From contig OX597842.1 in assembly GCA_951406725.2 (NCBI GenBank), positions 5,518,001 through 5,582,000 on the forward strand: DNA of 64,000 bases, written 5' to 3'. Positions 36,606 to 50,930 of this stretch are shown piece after piece (the stretch's first letter is position 1; every line of letters begins with the position of its first letter). The notes under the pieces are model-generated. The model did no database searches. It was not told the DNA's origin and was given only the letters and a program-made list of their open reading frames with translations. This stretch comes from Octopus vulgaris. Lineage: Eukaryota. The position numbers were made by a program, and so were the translations under genes.

Positions 36606-37025
36606 CACAGGAGAGAATGGTTTATGCAATATGTTTTATTGCATCATACTACAATTGTTTCATCACTACTTTATTATCAGATCGTTGCCGAAACATTATA
36701 ACTTGTTGTGGTGATGGACATTAACACCTCTGTGTCATTTAAAGGTGGACTTATTGAACTCTTATAAAGAGTAAGGTGTCTCGTTAAGAAAGGAAAGAAG
36801 GCGTTGGAATATCGTGTGTTGGTTGGCGGAAGTTACAAATGTGTTTGCATTACTTTACCTCTGCTTTGTTAAAATCATATCTTGCAACCGAGGATACAAA
36901 GGTGGCTATGAGATATTCAAAGCTTGCGTCAGACGGTCAAATTTTTTGGTATGAATACAAAGAAAGAAATTGTTAACATGGTGGATTTGTTGGCCTGTGT
37001 GGTGCAGTTGCCATAGCAGCAGTGT

Positions 37026-37370
37026 GGAGGCGCAATGGCCCAGTGGTTAGAGCAGCGGACTCGCGGTCGTAAGAACGCGGCTTCAATTCCCAGACCGGGC
37101 ATTGTGTGTGTTTATTGAGCAAAAACACCTAAGCTCCACGGGGCTCCAGCAGGGGTGAGTGGGTTTTGAACCCCGCTGTACTCTTTTCACCACAACTTTC
37201 TCTCTTTCTCCCTACTTCTACCACACGGTTTCAATTCCCAGACTGGGCATTATGAGTGTTTATTGAGCAAAAACACCTAAGCTCCACGAGGCTCCAGCAG
37301 GGGTGGGTGGGTTTTGAACCCCGCTGTACTCTTTCACCACAACTTTCTCTCACTCTTTCTTCCTACTTCT
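37026..37370 (+). mobile_element. Family D SINE with internal ~145-bp duplication
   Basis: TTCAATTCCCAGAC..GGGCATT...CACAACTTTCTCTC is present twice. Confidence 0.82.
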
Positions 37371-38060
37371 GCCACAAAGCAGAGGAACCATGGTGTAACC
37401 CACTATGGTGTGGTAAACTTTCAGACCCTAGTCTAGATTGCGAATCCTTTGTACCCCAGGATGGTTCAGCTCTCCACCCGTTAAAAGCCACCGTTTACAG
37501 AATGAGGATAACAATGTAGCTTTCGCGCCCGTGCAACCACCAGTCTATCGGGTGTGGTGGGTAGATCTTCAAGTTGCCACACACACTCTTAGTAGCTTAG
37601 AGTAGGCTCAAATTAGAGAATATTCTTTGTGGCTAATGGCAGGAGTCTTGATTGGGAGTGACGGAGGAGGTGGCTTCACTAGGGCCCCACTACCAGATGT
37701 ATTTTGTAGTCATACCCAGAACATATACAGACATGCTAATTAACTCATAGCTGGGTCCCCTCATTGGTGCTACAACAACTTTGGGTCAGAGAGTAGACCT
37801 GAGAATAATATTAGCTAAGAAGTGGTTCTACATTTCTCAAAACCCTGGAACTCCCTCACCCTGCAGCCGGATACCATTTAAAGTGATCCATGGGACATAC
37901 ACACTCACACATCATCATCATTATATAACTCCCGTTTTCCATGCCGGCATGGGTTGGATGGTTTGATTGAAAACTGGTAAGCTGGAGAGCTGCACCAGGT
38001 TCTTTCTATGGCTGGATGCCCTTCTTTACGCCAATCGTTCCAAGAGTGTAGTGGCACATA

Positions 38061-38395
38061 CAGGGTGGACCCAAATGATCTGACACGTTTCGAGGCTTAA
38101 TAATAGCACAAAATAAGAAATAATGAAAAGAAAAATTTTATTTTCTGAATGTACATATAATGCGATTTTATTTCATTAAGTTTTTAAAATTAAATCAGCT
38201 AAATGCTTCCCGTCATTGTCAACACACTGTTGGAAACGTTCCTAAAAGTTATCGATAAATCTTTGGATCATTTCTTCTGGAATGGTGAAATGTGGTTTCT
38301 TCTTGTGCAGATATTTAAAATCAAAAGTATTCAGTCATCACCCTTGATCTATTGATGAATTAAAACGTGCAATTTGTGTAGAAAAAGCAACCATT
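38061..38395 (-). mobile_element. Tc1/mariner-superfamily 3' relic with internal inversion
   Basis: TA-CAGGGTG end. The minus strand encodes TIPEEMIQRFIDNF*ERFQQCVDNDGKHLADLI. 38290-38395 on the plus strand encodes the preceding FFLCRYLKSKVF..SIDELKRAI..ATI. Confidence 0.75.
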
Positions 38396-38400
38396 AGGCG

Positions 38401-38912
38401 CAGGATGAAAGGCAAAGTCGACCTTGGTGGAATTTGAACTCAGAACATAACGGCGGACGAAATACCGCTAAGCATTTTGCCCAGTATACTAACGTTTCTG
38501 ATTTCTTTACTATCCACAAGGGGCTAAACATAGAGGGGACAAACAAGGACAGACAAAGGGATTAAGTCATTTACATCAACCCCAGTGCGTAACTGGTACT
38601 TAATTTATTGACCCTGAAAGAATGAAAGGCCAAGTCGACCTCGGCGGAATTTGAACTCAGAACTTAAAGACAGACGAAATACCTATTTCTTTACTACCCA
38701 CAAGGGGCTAAACATAGAGGGGACAAACAAGGACAGATAAATGGATAAATCAATTATATTGACCCCAGTGCATAACTGGTACTTATTTAATCGACCGCAA
38801 AAGGATGAAAGGCAAAGTTGACCTTGGTGGAATTTGAACTCAGATCGTAACGGCAGACGAAATACCGCTAAGCATTTCGTCCGGCTTGCTAACGTTTCTG
38901 CCAGCTCACCAC
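38401..38912 (-). mobile_element. Family B SINE tandem cluster (3 units)
   Basis: Repeated reverse family B bodies. Confidence 0.88.
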
Positions 38913-39244
38913 CTTACATACTTAGCAAACTTCTTACTACACTGCTATACACTGCTTCCAAAGGGCAGAGGGATAAAATTTAAGGAAGACGTACGTGACT
39001 GCTGTTTCTAGCAAATTGAATGACTCATAGATATATAATAAGGGTCTGTTGTGAAAGGTCTGTTTGTTTTGGTTGAAGATAACCAGGAGGAGGAAGAGGA
39101 GAATGGATGAGGCCAGCAATGAAAGACATTCCCCATCTCACTTCTGCTAATGACACATTCAAAATGACCTCTTTGTGTGTTGTTAGTAGGTAAAGGAGGG
39201 GTGAGGTGAGGGGGGAGATACGGGGTGGGGGGTGGAGGGTTCTG

Positions 39245-39360
39245 TTAGCTTTTTTTTCTTTTCTTTTTTTTTTCTCTTTTTCTTTCTCTGTGTTTCTTTC
39301 TTTCTTTCATTTCTGCTTCTTTACATTTTTTCACTTTTGTTTCTTTCTCAGCTTCCTTGG

Positions 39361-39393
<33 letters not shown>

Positions 39394-39648
39394 CCTTTGT
39401 GTGTGTATCTGTCTTTCCACGCTCACACTGCTTCTCTTTCTCTGTCTCTCTCTGCATCTCTTTCTCTCTTTGCCTCTCTCTCTCTCTCTACCTCTACCTC
39501 TGTCTGTACCTCTCTTTATCTCCCTCTCTCTTCATCCCTTTCTCTTTCTCTTCATCTCTCTCTTCATCCCTTTCTCTCTCCATCTCTCTCATTCTCTCTC
39601 CATCCCTCTCACTCGTATCTCTCTCTTTCTCACTCTCTCTCTCTCTCA

Positions 39649-39679
<31 letters not shown>

Positions 39680-39910
39680 ACTCTCTCTCTCTCTCTCTCA
39701 CTCTCTCTCTCTCACTCTCTCACTCTCTCTCTCTCACTCTCTCTCTCTCTCACTCTCTCTCTCTCTCTCTCTCTCACTCTATCTCTCTCTCTCACTCCAT
39801 CTCTCTTTCTCTCTCACTCCATCTCTTTCTCTACCTCTCTCTCCATCTCTGTGTTTCTGTCTCTCCCTTTTCCCCTATTTCTCTCTTCCCCTCTCGCTCC
39901 CTCCCTCTCC
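39245..39910. repeat. Polypyrimidine (CT)n tract
   Basis: Seen directly in the sequence. Confidence 0.95.
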
Positions 39911-40744
39911 TAGTAACATAAAATTAGGTTATCACTTCCTTTTAACTGTCCTCCCTCCCCTCTCCCAACCCCTCTTACCTCTTCTGTGACCTGACCACAA
40001 CCTTAAGTGTTAGATGTGATGAGGTGATGGCGGTGGGATGCTGGTGGTGATGGTGTATAGGGGTGGGGGGAGAGGGTGGCTCCAGTCCTTGTAGTAGGTG
40101 TGATTCATGGCCAGAGTGTGATGGGGGGGGTGAAGGGTTGATAGCTGAGGTGTAGGGGGTGAGGTGGTGGTGGTGGGAAGAGAGCAGGTGGTTGGGTGAG
40201 TGGGGTGTGATGGTTGGCAACACTGCTGTGTTTGTGTAGTGTGGTGTGCTCCCCCCCATGCAATCACACACACACCCCACCTAGGGTGGAGTGAGGGTGG
40301 GAGTGAAGATCGAGGGGGAAGGATTGGGAGAAAGGGTGTAAGTGTGAGTGTCATAGTGTGTGTGTGTGGGGGGCATGACACTGTTGGGTCATGTGGCACA
40401 GGGGGGTGTTCTGTGGTGGTGGGCATGGTGTCACAAAATGGTGCTTTGACCAACTTGTGATAACAGTTACAGATTTCTCCAAAGTGATGTTCAACTCTAT
40501 CGTTACTCTTTTGAACTGCATCTGTCATTAGACTGTGGCACCGCCTTAAAGAATTCCTTAGTTGGATGGATTGACTTCAATTCTATTTTTTTTAAAAATT
40601 TGGTACTCATCTAATTATTCTATTGGTCACTTTTGCCAAACTGCTAAGTTATGGGGCTGTAAACACACCAACACCAGTTATCAAGTAGTGGTGAGATGCA
40701 CCACACACATACACACACACATGTAATAGGCTTCTTTCAGTTTC

Positions 40745-41192
40745 TTATTTCTTTATTGCCCACAAGGGGCTAAACATAGAGGGGACAAACAAAGACAGAC
40801 AAAAGGATTGTCGATTGATTATATCAACCCCAGTGCGTAACTGGTACTTAATTTATCGACCTTGAAAGGATGAAAGGCAAAGTCGACCTTGGTAGAATTT
40901 GAACTCAGAACATAAAGACAGACGAAATACCACTAAGCATTTCACCTACTGTGCTAATGTTTCTTATTTCCTTATTGTCCACAAGGGGCTAAACATAGAA
41001 AGGACAAACAAGGACAGACAAAGGGATTAAGTCGATTACATCGACCCCAGTGTGTAACTGGTACTTAATTTATCGACCCCAAAAGGATGAAAGGCAAAGT
41101 CGACCTCGACGGAATTTGAACTCAGAACGTAACGGCAGGCGAAATACCACTCAGCATTTCACCCAGCGTGCTAATGTTTCTGCCAGCTCAGA
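40745..41192 (-). mobile_element. Family B SINE dimer nested in a diverged family A-like SINE, 20-bp TSD
   Basis: AATAGGCTTCTTTCAGTTTC at 40725-40744 and 41193-41212. Confidence 0.85.
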
Positions 41193-41804
41193 AATAGGCT
41201 TCTTTCAGTTTCTCCCCTACCAAATCCACTCAAGTCTTAGGTTTGACCCAAGTCTATAGTGGAAAACATGCAGTGGGACTGAACCTGGAACCATGTAGTT
41301 GGGAAGTAAACTTTTTACCACACCTGTATACCTCTGTACCTACACACACACACACCGCATATACACACGATGGGCTTCTGTCAGTGTCTGTCTACCAAAT
41401 CCATTCACAAAGCTTTAGTCAGCCTGGGGTTATAATAGAAAACATTCACCCACCCCCCCAACATGCCATGCAGTGGGACTGAACCCAGAACCATATGGCT
41501 TAGGAAGGAAATAAGCCTCTTACACCACAGCCACACCTGTTTACTTGGAAGCTATAAAATTCGCTGACTTCATTTCCTATGAAAATATTAATCTTCCTTT
41601 CTTACATATTTGTATTGTCCTTTGAAATGTGCGTATGTACCGAATCCTATTTTGTATTAAATCTAATTTTGATTCAACATCTTTTTCCCTCCATTTTTCT
41701 ATAATTGTTTATGGTATATTTATACCTATAACGATATTTTTCAACTCCTATTTTCATATTCTTATTACTTGCTCTGACTGTTTTTTTTATGAATATACTC
41801 TTTT

Positions 41805-42053
41805 AGTTGTTTTAGTCATTTGGCTGTGGCCTTGCTGGAGCACCACCTTTAGTCGAAGAAATTGACCCCAGGACTTATTCTTTGTAAACCTAGTATTTAT
41901 TCTATCAGTCTCTTTTGCCAAACCGCTAAGTTATGGGGACGTAAACATGCCAGCATCGGTTGTCAAGCGATGTTGCGGGGACAAACACAGACACACAAAC
42001 ACACACATACACACACACATACATTCATACATACATACATTCATACATTCATG

Positions 42054-42093
<40 letters not shown>

Positions 42094-42260
42094 TACGACG
42101 GGCTTCTTTCAGTTTCCGTCTACCAAATCCACTCACAAGGCTTTGATCGGCCTGAGACTATAGTAGAAGATACTTGCCCAAGGTGCCACGCAGTGGAAAT
42201 GAACCCGGAGCCATGTGGTTGGAAAGCAAGCTACTTACCACACAGCCACTCCTGCACCTA
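41805..42260 (-). mobile_element. Family A SINE
   Basis: Full reverse copy. Confidence 0.88.
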
Positions 42261-43053
42261 TGATGAATCTATTAGAAATCATTCTTTCTCTCTTTTTGGA
42301 CCTCTCAAAAAGTTTGAATTGTTCTTTTTTAAGTGAATCGAACGGCTTTTGTGTGTTTCTTAAATGGCTTACAAACACCTTCCAATGCTGCTATTGTTTT
42401 CGTTTCAGCACACGATCTCAGATCAAGTCACTTGCTATGCAAGTACATCTCCAAACTTATTTCTTCCCACATATTAATCTTCCTCTAATGTTGCTTGCAC
42501 CAGCAACCTACCCAACAGCATGCCCTGTCCTCTCTTTTGCCCAGCTCCTGTTTACTGTATTATCATTTTTATTCTGCTCCTCCTCCCTCTTTCCATATTA
42601 TCAAATCTCCCCTGCTCTCCCACACACTCTTGGTACTTGAATCCCACTTGTACCTTAAAGATCCACCCTATTACCTCATCACTCCTAATTTTTATCTCTC
42701 TTTCCAGCTTTATCCTAGTTAACCCCACCCTTTCTCCTAAAAAAAAAAACATGTACAGTCATGTAGCTCCTCTTCAACAAGAACCCTCCCCCACTTGCTC
42801 CAGCCTTTTTCTCCTGTATTTTAACCTCCCACTCCTTATTCTCTTATCATAAAGTGCCCCTCTCTACTCCTTATTCTTTGTAGCATAAAGTTGTTTCTCC
42901 CCTGTTTGAGAGGTTCATAGTCCCTCTTGCAAGCTGCATGGAAACATCAAAAGGGCTGTTGGCACATAAATGGCGCTTGGTCCTTGATGTTAAGTGGTTG
43001 GCAATGAGAAGGGTATTTGGCCATAGAAACTAAACCATAGATACTGTTGGAGT

Positions 43054-43240
43054 TTAACCCTTTCGTTACCAACCCGGCCAAAACCACCTCTGGCTCTGTA
43101 ATACAAATGTCTTGTTTTCAAAAGTTTGAATTAAAGTCTTCCACCAAACCTTAGTCACAATTTATGTTCCTAACACTAGCTGAATGATAACCAAGTTGTT
43201 TTACTAAATTCTTTGTTATATTTAAAGTAATTGAAAGAAA
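43054..43240 (+). mobile_element. Possible piggyBac-like element end
   Basis: TTAA-CCCTTTCGTTACC start. The other end was not found. Partial similarity to 34245-34345. Confidence 0.35.
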
Positions 43241-43243
43241 CAC

Positions 43244-43632
43244 AGGTGTAGGAGTGGCTGTATGGTAAGTAGCTTGCTTACCAACCACATGGTTCTGGGT
43301 CCAGTCCCACTGCGTGACACCTTGGGCAAGTGACTTCTACTATAGCCTCGGACCAACCAAAGCCTTGTGAGTGGATTTGGTAGATGGAAACTAAAAGAAG
43401 CCCATTGTATATATGTATGTATATGTTTGTGTGCCTCTCTTTGTCTCCCCAACATTTCTTGACAACCGATGCTGGTGTGTCTACGTTCCTGTAACTTAGC
43501 GGTTCGGCAAAAGAGACTGATAGAATAAGTACTAGGCTTACAAAGAATAAGTCCTGGGGTCAGTTTGCTCGACTAAAGGCAATGCTCCAGCATGGCCACA
43601 GTTAAATGACTGAAACAAGTAAGAGTAAAAGG
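43244..43632 (+). mobile_element. Family A SINE
   Basis: Full copy, followed by a diverged second tail to ~43830. Confidence 0.88.
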
Positions 43633-44108
43633 GTACTGCTTAACAACTGGTGTTGGTGTGTTGATGTCCCTGTAACTTAGCAGTCCAACAAAAGTGACTG
43701 ATAGAATAAGTACCAGACTTTTAAAAAAAAGTACGTACTGGTGTCAATTCGTTGGACTAAAAATCCTCCAGGTTGGTGCCCCAGCATGGCCACAGTTTAT
43801 TGACTGAAGCAAGCCAAAAGATAAAAGATGACAGATAATTTCTTGGGTAGAGGTGTGGTTCTCCTAGTTTTTGGTGTTAATGTCATAATCTAGATTGATG
43901 TGGTAGTGGTGGTGTTGGGGGGTTGTGTGATTGATGGGGGCCAATTATTGTAGGTGTGGTGGAAGTGGTTACAGCTGTTGACACAGTGTGTTGGTGGTAG
44001 TGTGGTTTTTGTACAAAGGGAAGGGCTTGTTTGGATTGTTTTAGGTGTAGTGGAGGAAGTGGAGTGCAGTGTTTGTGTGTGTGTGTGTATGGCAGTGGTT
44101 GTGACAGT

Positions 44109-44523
44109 GGTGGCAAGCTGGCAGAAACGTTAGCACACCGGGGCGAAATGCTTAGTGGTATTTCGTCTGCCGCTATGTTCTGAGTTCAAATTCCACCGAG
44201 GTCGACTTTGCCTTTCATCCTTTCGGGGTCGATTATATAAGTACCAGTTACACACTGGGGTCGATGTAATCGACTTAATCCGTTTGTCTGTCCTTGTTTG
44301 TCCCCTCTGTGTTTAGCCCCTTATGGGTTGTAAAGAGATAGGTATTTCGTCTGCCGTCACGTTCTGAGTTCAAATTCCGCAAGGGCAACTTTGCCTTTCA
44401 TCCTTTCAGGGTCGATTAAATAAGTACCAGTTACGCACTGGGGTCGATGTAATCGACTTAATCCGTTTGTCTGTCCTTGTTTGTCCCCTCTGTGTTTAGC
44501 CCCTTGTGGGTAGTAAAGAAATA
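44109..44523 (+). mobile_element. Family B SINE with tandem second body
   Basis: The second unit starts GGTATTTCGTCTG at 44341. Confidence 0.9.
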
Positions 44524-45042
44524 GGTGTTAATGTCTATCATAGCAGCTAATACTGGCATTTTCTATCTGTCACTTGTTTCAGTCTTTAGACTGCGGCCAT
44601 GCTGGGGCAACCACCTTGAATCATTCTTAGTTGAATGAAATCAACCCCAGTACCTATTCTATGGGACTGTTTTGCCAAACTGCTAAGTTATGGGGTTGTA
44701 AGCAAACCAACATTGGTGCTCCTGTGGTGGTGATGTAGTCACACACAAAATGATGGGCTTCTTTTAGTTTCCATTTACTAAATCAATTCACAAGGCTTTA
44801 CTCAACCTGAGGCTTATAGTAGAAGACATTTGCCCAAGGTGGCACACAGTGGGACTAAACCCCAAACCATGAGGTTGAGTAGCAAACTCCTTACCTGTAC
44901 ATACACATATACACACACACACACACGCATATATATACACACACAAACACACATATATATATATATATACACACACATATGCACACACACACACACACAT
45001 ATATACACACACACACACATATATATATACACACACACACAT

Positions 45043-45079
<37 letters not shown>

Positions 45080-46559
45080 GGGCTTCTTTCAGTTTCTATC
45101 TACCAAATCCACTCAAGGCTTTGGTTGGCCTGAGGCTACTGTAGAAGACACTTGCCCAAGGTGCCACACAGTGGGACTGAACCCGGAACCATGCAGTTAA
45201 GAAGCAAGCTTCTTACCACACAGCCACTCCTGTGCCAATGGACAGGCAACCTTTCTGGAGAAGTGGGCAACAACATAGGACCTGGCCCATCATCAGGTGG
45301 GCCCTACCCCCAACAAACACACGACTAAAAAAAAAACACATTCAAGGGATTTTTTCGTCAGGCATTTCATTCAGCAAAGACCCTTTGGGCTATATGCACC
45401 CCACTCTTTTCCTGCAGGCTTACAGTTTGCTCATGACTGGTCCTTAATGTTATGATGTGGTAGGGTAAAGTTAGTGTGGTGGTGGCAGCGGTGATGGTTG
45501 TAGATGTGTAGGAGTTATGGTAGTGACAAGTTTGGGGAAAGGCGGCAATGGTGGTGGTGGTTGTTAAGAAGGGGGGTGGGTGTAGTGTTAGAGGACGGTG
45601 GTGGTGGTGGTGATTGTAGTGAAGGGGTGGTAGTGAGTGGTAGAGGGCATCTGTAGCAGTGGTGGTGGTTGTTGAAAAGGAGGTGATGGCAAGTGGTAGA
45701 GGACAGCTGTGGTGGTGGTGGTGTCTAATGTATGATGTAGGGTGAAGTTGATGATGATGATGATGTTGGGGGAGGTGGTGATTTTGGGGCAAGGTATGTG
45801 TGGTTGTGCAAACAGTGGTTATTGTAGTAGTTTGTGTAGTAGTAGTAGTAGTAGTGCTTTATTGGGTGGGGGGTACATTCTTGTGATGGTAGTGGTGATA
45901 TGAGGGTGATTGGCAGCACCATGATTGGTGATGGTGTGGTGACATGAGCAGTAGTGGTGGTTGTGATGAGTGATAGTTGTAGCTGTGGTGGTGGTACTAG
46001 TCATGATGATGGTATGTGGTATGATGATGATAGTGGTGGTGATGGTAGAGATGGTAATGGTAGTGGTGATGATGGTAATAGTGCTGATGATGATGATGGT
46101 CATGGTGGTTAATGGTGATGATGATTGTGATGGTGGTGGTGGTGATGATGATGGTGGTGGTGATGGTAGTAGTGATGATGGTTATGGTATGATGATGATG
46201 ATGATGATGATAGTGACTGTAATGGTGTCGTGGTGGGGGAGGAGGCAATAGTGGTAAATAGGTAATTGTGGGTGGTGATGTTTGTCATAAACTTGCTTGG
46301 GAGGTGATTTAGGACATAGGGTGGAGTAGAGAGAGAGTGGGGTGGTTTGGCAATGATGATGATGATGATGTTGATGATGATGTTAGTAGCAATCTGGATT
46401 TTTTTTTCTTCTTTTGTTATTTTTCTTTAAAGTATTATTTATATCTGTGTCACACTGAGTCATTGATGTTTGAGGGGAGGGGGCAGAATTTCGGTGGGAA
46501 TTTGGTGCTAGGGATGAGGATGGTATTGTCATCTATGGTGATGGTATAGTACATATGTA

Positions 46560-46583
46560 CACGCACACACACACACATAAAGA

Positions 46584-46614
<31 letters not shown>

Positions 46615-46902
46615 ATGAATATATATATATACACACACAAAGAATATATATATATATGTATACACACACACACAAAGAATATATACACACACACAAAGAA
46701 TATATATACACACACACACACACAAAGAATATATATACACACACACACACATGAAGAATATATATACACACACACACACACATGAAGAATATATACACAC
46801 ACACACGCATAAAGAATATATATACACACACACACACAAAGAATATACACACACACACACACACACAAAAAGAATATATATATATACATACACACACAAA
46901 GA

Positions 46903-46933
<31 letters not shown>

Positions 46934-46970
46934 TACACATAAAGAATATATATATATATATATACACACA
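46560..46970. repeat. Minisatellite AAGAA(TA)n(CA)n
   Basis: Seen directly in the sequence. Confidence 0.92.
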
Positions 46971-47999
46971 CATGCATACTTTCTTTCCCTCTCTCCCTCT
47001 CTTTCCCCTCTCTCTCTCCTCTCTCTCTTTCCCTCTCTCTCTCACATCCCTTTCCCTCCTGCTGTTTACATACCTTCTCTCACTCCCGCCAATTCCCTCC
47101 AACTCTCTCCTTGCCATTCCCTCCCCATCCCTCTATAACACTCCCACCCTCCCCTTCCCTTCAGCATCCTCTCTCTTTCTCTCCTTCCCTCACATATACT
47201 CCCCTATCCTCTCTTTCATTACTCTCTCACCCCTCACACTTTCACTCTATTCCTCCCCTCCCTCCTTACCTATCTTCCAATCCACCCCTACCTCCACCCA
47301 CCCCACTCACCCACCTCCCATAATAAGACAAAAAACAGACCAGGAAGAAAGACATTTGAAATTTCTCTCAAAGTGATCTGCTGTTATTATTTAGCCCTAG
47401 GTCTGTCCTGGTCCACTTGACCTCTACATATGATCACTCTTGTCCCACTCATGAACAAATAACCTGTTTTTATTTTAGACGTGTAAATCTTAAGACTACA
47501 TTATCTAATTGTCATAGGTGTAGGAATGGCTGTGTGGTAAGTAGCTTGCTTACTAACCACATGGTTCCAGGTTCAATCCCACTGTATGGCACCTTGGGCA
47601 AGTGTCTTCTACAATAGCCTCGGGCCAACCAAAGCTTTGTGAGCGGATTTGGTAGATGGAAACTGAAAGAAGACTGCCGTATATATGTATGTATGTATGT
47701 TTGTGTTTGTTCCCCCAACATCACTTGACAACCAATGCTGGCCTTGTGCCAAAAATTGAAACCAATATTAATAACCTGATGTTAGAAGCTTATATATATA
47801 CATTATATATATGTATATATACATATATAAATTAGAAAAAAAAACACCTTTTATCAATTCAGTAATGAAAAATTAGATTATACCATTTAGGAAAATTACA
47901 TATAGAAAGATTAAATATATTATCTTTTGTGAAATTTGATTTAATATTTCTAAATTGAATTTTTCCCTGTAAGCTTGGAATAATATTCCCTCATATTAT

Positions 48000-48051
<52 letters not shown>

Positions 48052-48547
48052 TTCAGTCATCTGTACAATTTGTATTAATATACTTATTCTGTTTATATTT
48101 TATGTATATAAGTAGTTCATCGTACGTCTATCTATACACATATATATTTACACAAAATTTTCTAAATATTTGAATTTCTGCAAGTGGCTCTCACCCTTCA
48201 AAGTCTATGCTCCATATTCTACATATTTTTATACACCTTGTCCTCGAATTATGACTGAGTTCCAGTTGACAGGCAGTGGATGCCTGGGTCTGAGAAGGCC
48301 TGTGTTGCCAGATGCAGCCATAGTTATCATACGCGCTGCTGCCCAACGTTCGAAAATCTATTTTTCATTTTTTTTATTTATTATGGTTGCAAGTGCAGAG
48401 AAAGTGTATTCATATATGTAGATACTTTCCCAAATAAAAAAAAATACTTCAGTTTTGAAGCTCTGACAAAGCTTAAGGTGAAAAACAAGCACTTAACTAA
48501 GAGTACACTCCACATCATAGCAGAAACAGCTGTAAGGTAATGAAGTT

Positions 48548-48580
<33 letters not shown>

Positions 48581-48672
48581 CAAAATAAGCAACAGGATCT
48601 ATGATAGCCACATAGAAATTAAATATCGTATAATTATTATTCTAAAAATCTTATAACAAATCAAACATTAAA

Positions 48673-48768
48673 TTGACTATGCGCATTTCATGACTAAGTA
48701 TATAAATCAATAATATTAAGATTTAATATTAATTCAATTTCAAAATATTTAGCCACTCTTCAGGTCAA
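48673..48768 (-). ncRNA. Minimal type I hammerhead ribozyme motif
   Basis: Minus strand TTGAC-CTGAAGA-GTGGCTAA..(AT-rich)..TTAGTCAT-GAAA-TGCGCA-TA-GTCAA. It has a perfect 5-bp stem I, an 8-bp stem II and a palindromic ATGCGCAT stem III. Confidence 0.72.
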
Positions 48769-49521
48769 AAAATAATATAAATAAATTTAGATATTATAAT
48801 AAAACAAATATATAAATATATGTATATTAACAGTAAATAATTCAATAAAATTTAACAATATTAATCTAAAGCAAAAACATGACTTATCTTATTGATGAAA
48901 GCTAGTTAAAAGAAATCCTACAACTAATCAATATATATATATATTTATTTGTAAACAAATTTGGCTGAAATTGATGGGTGAGCATTTAACCTGTTGGATG
49001 CACAAGGAGCCATGTAATCATTGATTTGTGGGTTCAATTTCCAGCTGGGGTTATCTCATCATTTTTCAGTCCTTTGTATTCATAAATTGTTGCTTCAAAT
49101 TGGAGAATAAAATAATTATAGGTTATTATACAGTTATACATGCGTGTGTGTGTGTGTTCTAGCGTGGCTGTAAGATTAAAAAATTTGCAGCACAAACATG
49201 AGGTTTCAGGTTCAGTCTCACTGTATGGCACCTTGCAAAGTTTTTTCTTATGGCTCCAGCTCAGCCGAAACCATGTAAGTCATGACATCATGCAATATTC
49301 AGTAGTTGTAAATGTGTGTCACTTGGAAACGGGTGTGGGTTGGCGATAGGAAGAGCATTCAGTTGTAGGAAAGCTGCTTGTGTGTGTGTATGGGTTCCTG
49401 AAAGTGCATGTATACCAATGTTAGCAAGTGTGTGTGTGTGTGTAGTGAGAGATACTTACATGTGTGTGTGTGTGTAGGAGAGATATTTATGTGTGTGCAT
49501 GTAGAGAGAGACAGATACTCG

Positions 49522-49553
<32 letters not shown>

Positions 49554-49820
49554 AATACATGTGTGTGTGTGTGGAGAGAGAGATACATGTGTGTGTGTGT
49601 GTGTGGAGAGAAAGAGAGAGATGCTTACGTGTGTGTGTGTGTGTATACAGATATTGACAAGTATGTGTGTGTGTGTGTGTATGCAGATAATTACTGTGTG
49701 TGTGTGTACCAATATTGTGCGTGTATGTGTAGATATTTTCTAAAGTACGTGTGTATATACAGAAGCTGTGTACGTGTGTATATACCAATTCTAGCAAGTG
49801 TGTGTATTCAAATACTCTGA

Positions 49821-49851
<31 letters not shown>

Positions 49852-50241
49852 CAGATATTAGCATAAGAGTGTGTGTCTCTACAAAAACAAGTGTGTACAG
49901 ACACTTTACACGTGTGTAGATACTAGCTTGTGTGTGTGTGTGTGTGTGTACGTACAACACACACTTTGTTGTACTGGTTTAGTAAGCATACAGTAAGATC
50001 TTTGATGTTAGGTGATGTTGGTACATTAATTCTGTATTCTGTGGAAATGATGGTGGCGGTGCCGGCTGTGGTAGTCGTGGTGGTGGGGTTACAGAGGTCG
50101 GTCGGGGTGGGGAATTAGTTCTGTGATGTCATTTATCTCCTCCAACCCCCACCCCACCCCATGTGTGTGTTTTTCTTTTTTTTTTCGTTTTTACAAAGCA
50201 GCAGCACCACTAGCAGTAGCAAAGATTGGAGGTAAATTGGA

Positions 50242-50242
<1 letters not shown>

Positions 50243-50294
<52 letters not shown>

Positions 50295-50930
50295 GGTAAT
50301 GGTGATGGTAGTAGTGGTGGTGGTGGTGATGGTAGTAGTGGTGGTGGTGGTAATGGTGATGGTAGTAGTGGTGGTGGTGGTGATGGTAGTAGTGGTGGTG
50401 GTGGGGGCAGTGGTAGTAGTGGTGGTGGTGGTAGTAGTAGTAATGGTGATGGTAGTAGTGGTGGTGGTGGTAGTAGTAATGGTGATGGTAGTAGTGGTGG
50501 TGGGGGCAGTAGTAGTAGTAGTGGTGGTGGTGGTAATGGTGATGGTAGTAGTGGTGGTGGTGGGGGTAGTGGTGGTGGTGGTAGTAGTAGTAATGGTGAT
50601 GGTAGTAGTGGTGGTGGTGGTAGTAGTAATGGTGATGGTAGTAGTGGTGGTGGTGGTAGTAGTGGTGGTGGTGGTAGTAGTGGTGGTGGTGGTAGTAGTA
50701 GTAATGGTGATGGTAGTAGTGGTGGTGGTGGTGGTAGTGGTGGTGGTGGTAGTAGTAATGGTGATGGTAGTAGTGGTGGTGGGGGCAATGGTGGTAGTGG
50801 TGGTGGTAGTAGTAGTGGGTGGTGGTGGTAGTAGTGGTGGTGGGGGCAGTGGTAGTAGTGGTGGTGGGGGCAATGGTGGTAGTGGTGGTGGTGGTAGTAG
50901 TAGCAGGTGGTGGTGGTGGTGGTGGTGGTG
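50243..50930. repeat. (GGT/AGT)n trinucleotide minisatellite
   Basis: Recurring GTAATGGTGATGGTAGTAGTGGTGGT. Confidence 0.95.
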
